From Octopus vulgaris (taxonomy: Eukaryota): a stretch of DNA of 64,000 bases. The notes under the pieces were generated by a model, which was not told the origin of the DNA, ran no database searches, and saw only the letters and a list, made by a program, of their open reading frames with translations. The translations under genes and the position numbers were made by a program. Below are positions 62,708-64,000 of the stretch, in pieces (the stretch's first letter is position 1; every line of letters begins with the position of its first letter). The stretch spans positions 124,558,001-124,622,000 of the forward strand of contig OX597817.1 of assembly GCA_951406725.2 (NCBI GenBank), given 5' to 3'.

Positions 62708-63964
62708 TATATGTATATATGTGTACAAAGAATTTAAAATGTCTAAAATCAGACCTAATTTTTGTATAAAAAAATCTAAAGGAAGAAAATAAACCTTTGA
62801 TAAACAAGATTGTAATAGCATTAAATTTTGGGTAAGTGGGGTTGATTTTTCCATGTGAAGCAATCTCCATTAAATGTAGGTTGATGCTATTTTTACTCTC
62901 TAGCTTAACACTGAAATAAATGTATATAATTACGTGGAGTTACCCCAGTTCATAACTGGTGCCTCATATTATTGACCACTACACTAAAAGGAAGGAACAA
63001 AAAAGAGAATTGACCAGAAAGTAATTTAAATTCAATATATAAAAAAGTGGAATATTACAAGATATTTTCTCAGACACACTAATCTTTCTATCAATCCATT
63101 GTCTAAATCCTTCTCCTCTCCTCCCCTCTCCCCCATCCTATCCACCTCTTCTTCCATCTTTTACTAAATGATTCTTCCATCACAACCTCAAAAAGTTGTA
63201 TTAATACTATGCTTTGCAGAGGAGGTCAGAATAATACCAGAACACAACCAGAGTTGTCTCTTGTAGTTACTGAAATAAAATAGGTCATTGAAATAAAATT
63301 TCTTTGTCTCCAGATAATCATTTCTTGCTAACTATTTTTATCCACTCTAAACCATTATAAATTCTGAATTCTGCATTGTTTTTGTTATTGAGAGCATATT
63401 TCTTGACATAACTGGGAAGAAGAAAAGGTCAGTTATGTTCATTATCAGAAACCAGTATAAGCTCTGTTCATTTTTACATGAACTTTGAACTATATAACTG
63501 ACATTTCTAAAACTAGGCATTTTATGTATTTTTCATTTAACAAGATTTGAACATATAATTGCTGTGATATCATACCTTCATAATAAATAATTATAATGGA
63601 ATTTAAGTATATATATCTTTGACATCTTATGTGTTTGTTGTAAGGAGAATATATAAGAAAGAAAACTGGTCTTTTGAAACCTGAACTTCTTTTTACATAA
63701 TATATTAAGGCTGCAGTAAATAAGTATTCCAGATACATCTATGTATATATATGTATATATGACAAATGCAGAAAGAACTAGAGTTCTTTTGACAACTGAT
63801 ATACAATCAGAAAGTCATCGTATGGCAATAGGCTCTCGACTATAACTGATTACCTTTTGGCAACCATTAATTCTCATCAGCTTCAATGTTTCTGCTATAT
63901 ATTCTTTATGCATAGTGTATCAAACTACAGGAAAAGACCATATTTATATACCTCTCCCCCTGCT

Positions 63965-64000
63965 TTTTTCCATGTGAAGCAATCTCCATTAAATGTAGGT
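63965..64000 (+). repeat. Exact direct copy of 62846-62881, running off the window end
   Basis: TTTTTCCATGTGAAGCAATCTCCATTAAATGTAGGT is identical at both sites. Confidence 0.9.

Overview
AT-rich eukaryotic genomic DNA, most consistent with an octopus-type (coleoid cephalopod) genome. That assignment is inferred from the SINE families and the dense (AT)n/(GT)n/(AAT)n microsatellites; no search was run. Bases 1-~9.9 kb are a 13-bp satellite (AAACATTTTCATC) that switches strand nine times, and its inverted cassettes share junction signatures. The remaining ~54 kb is decayed mobile elements in unique AT-rich DNA: at least four SINE-like families, CR1-, RTE- and RLE-type LINE fragments, Penelope-like relics (one with a GIY-YIG ORF, several with hammerhead-ribozyme relics), at least six Helitron copies or fragments (one keeps an STPR/zinc-finger RepHel N-terminus), mariner/maT remnants and two long foldbacks. 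I found no intact host protein-coding gene; the ORF track is mostly satellite/microsatellite artefact or TE remnant. I cannot support a wholly new biological system here. The best leads are the inversion-containing higher-order satellite, the hammerhead relics, a LINE chimera joined at microhomology, a locally templated insertion inside a SINE, and a possible recursive-splice-site exon. Coordinates were read by eye; boundaries of degraded elements are approximate.
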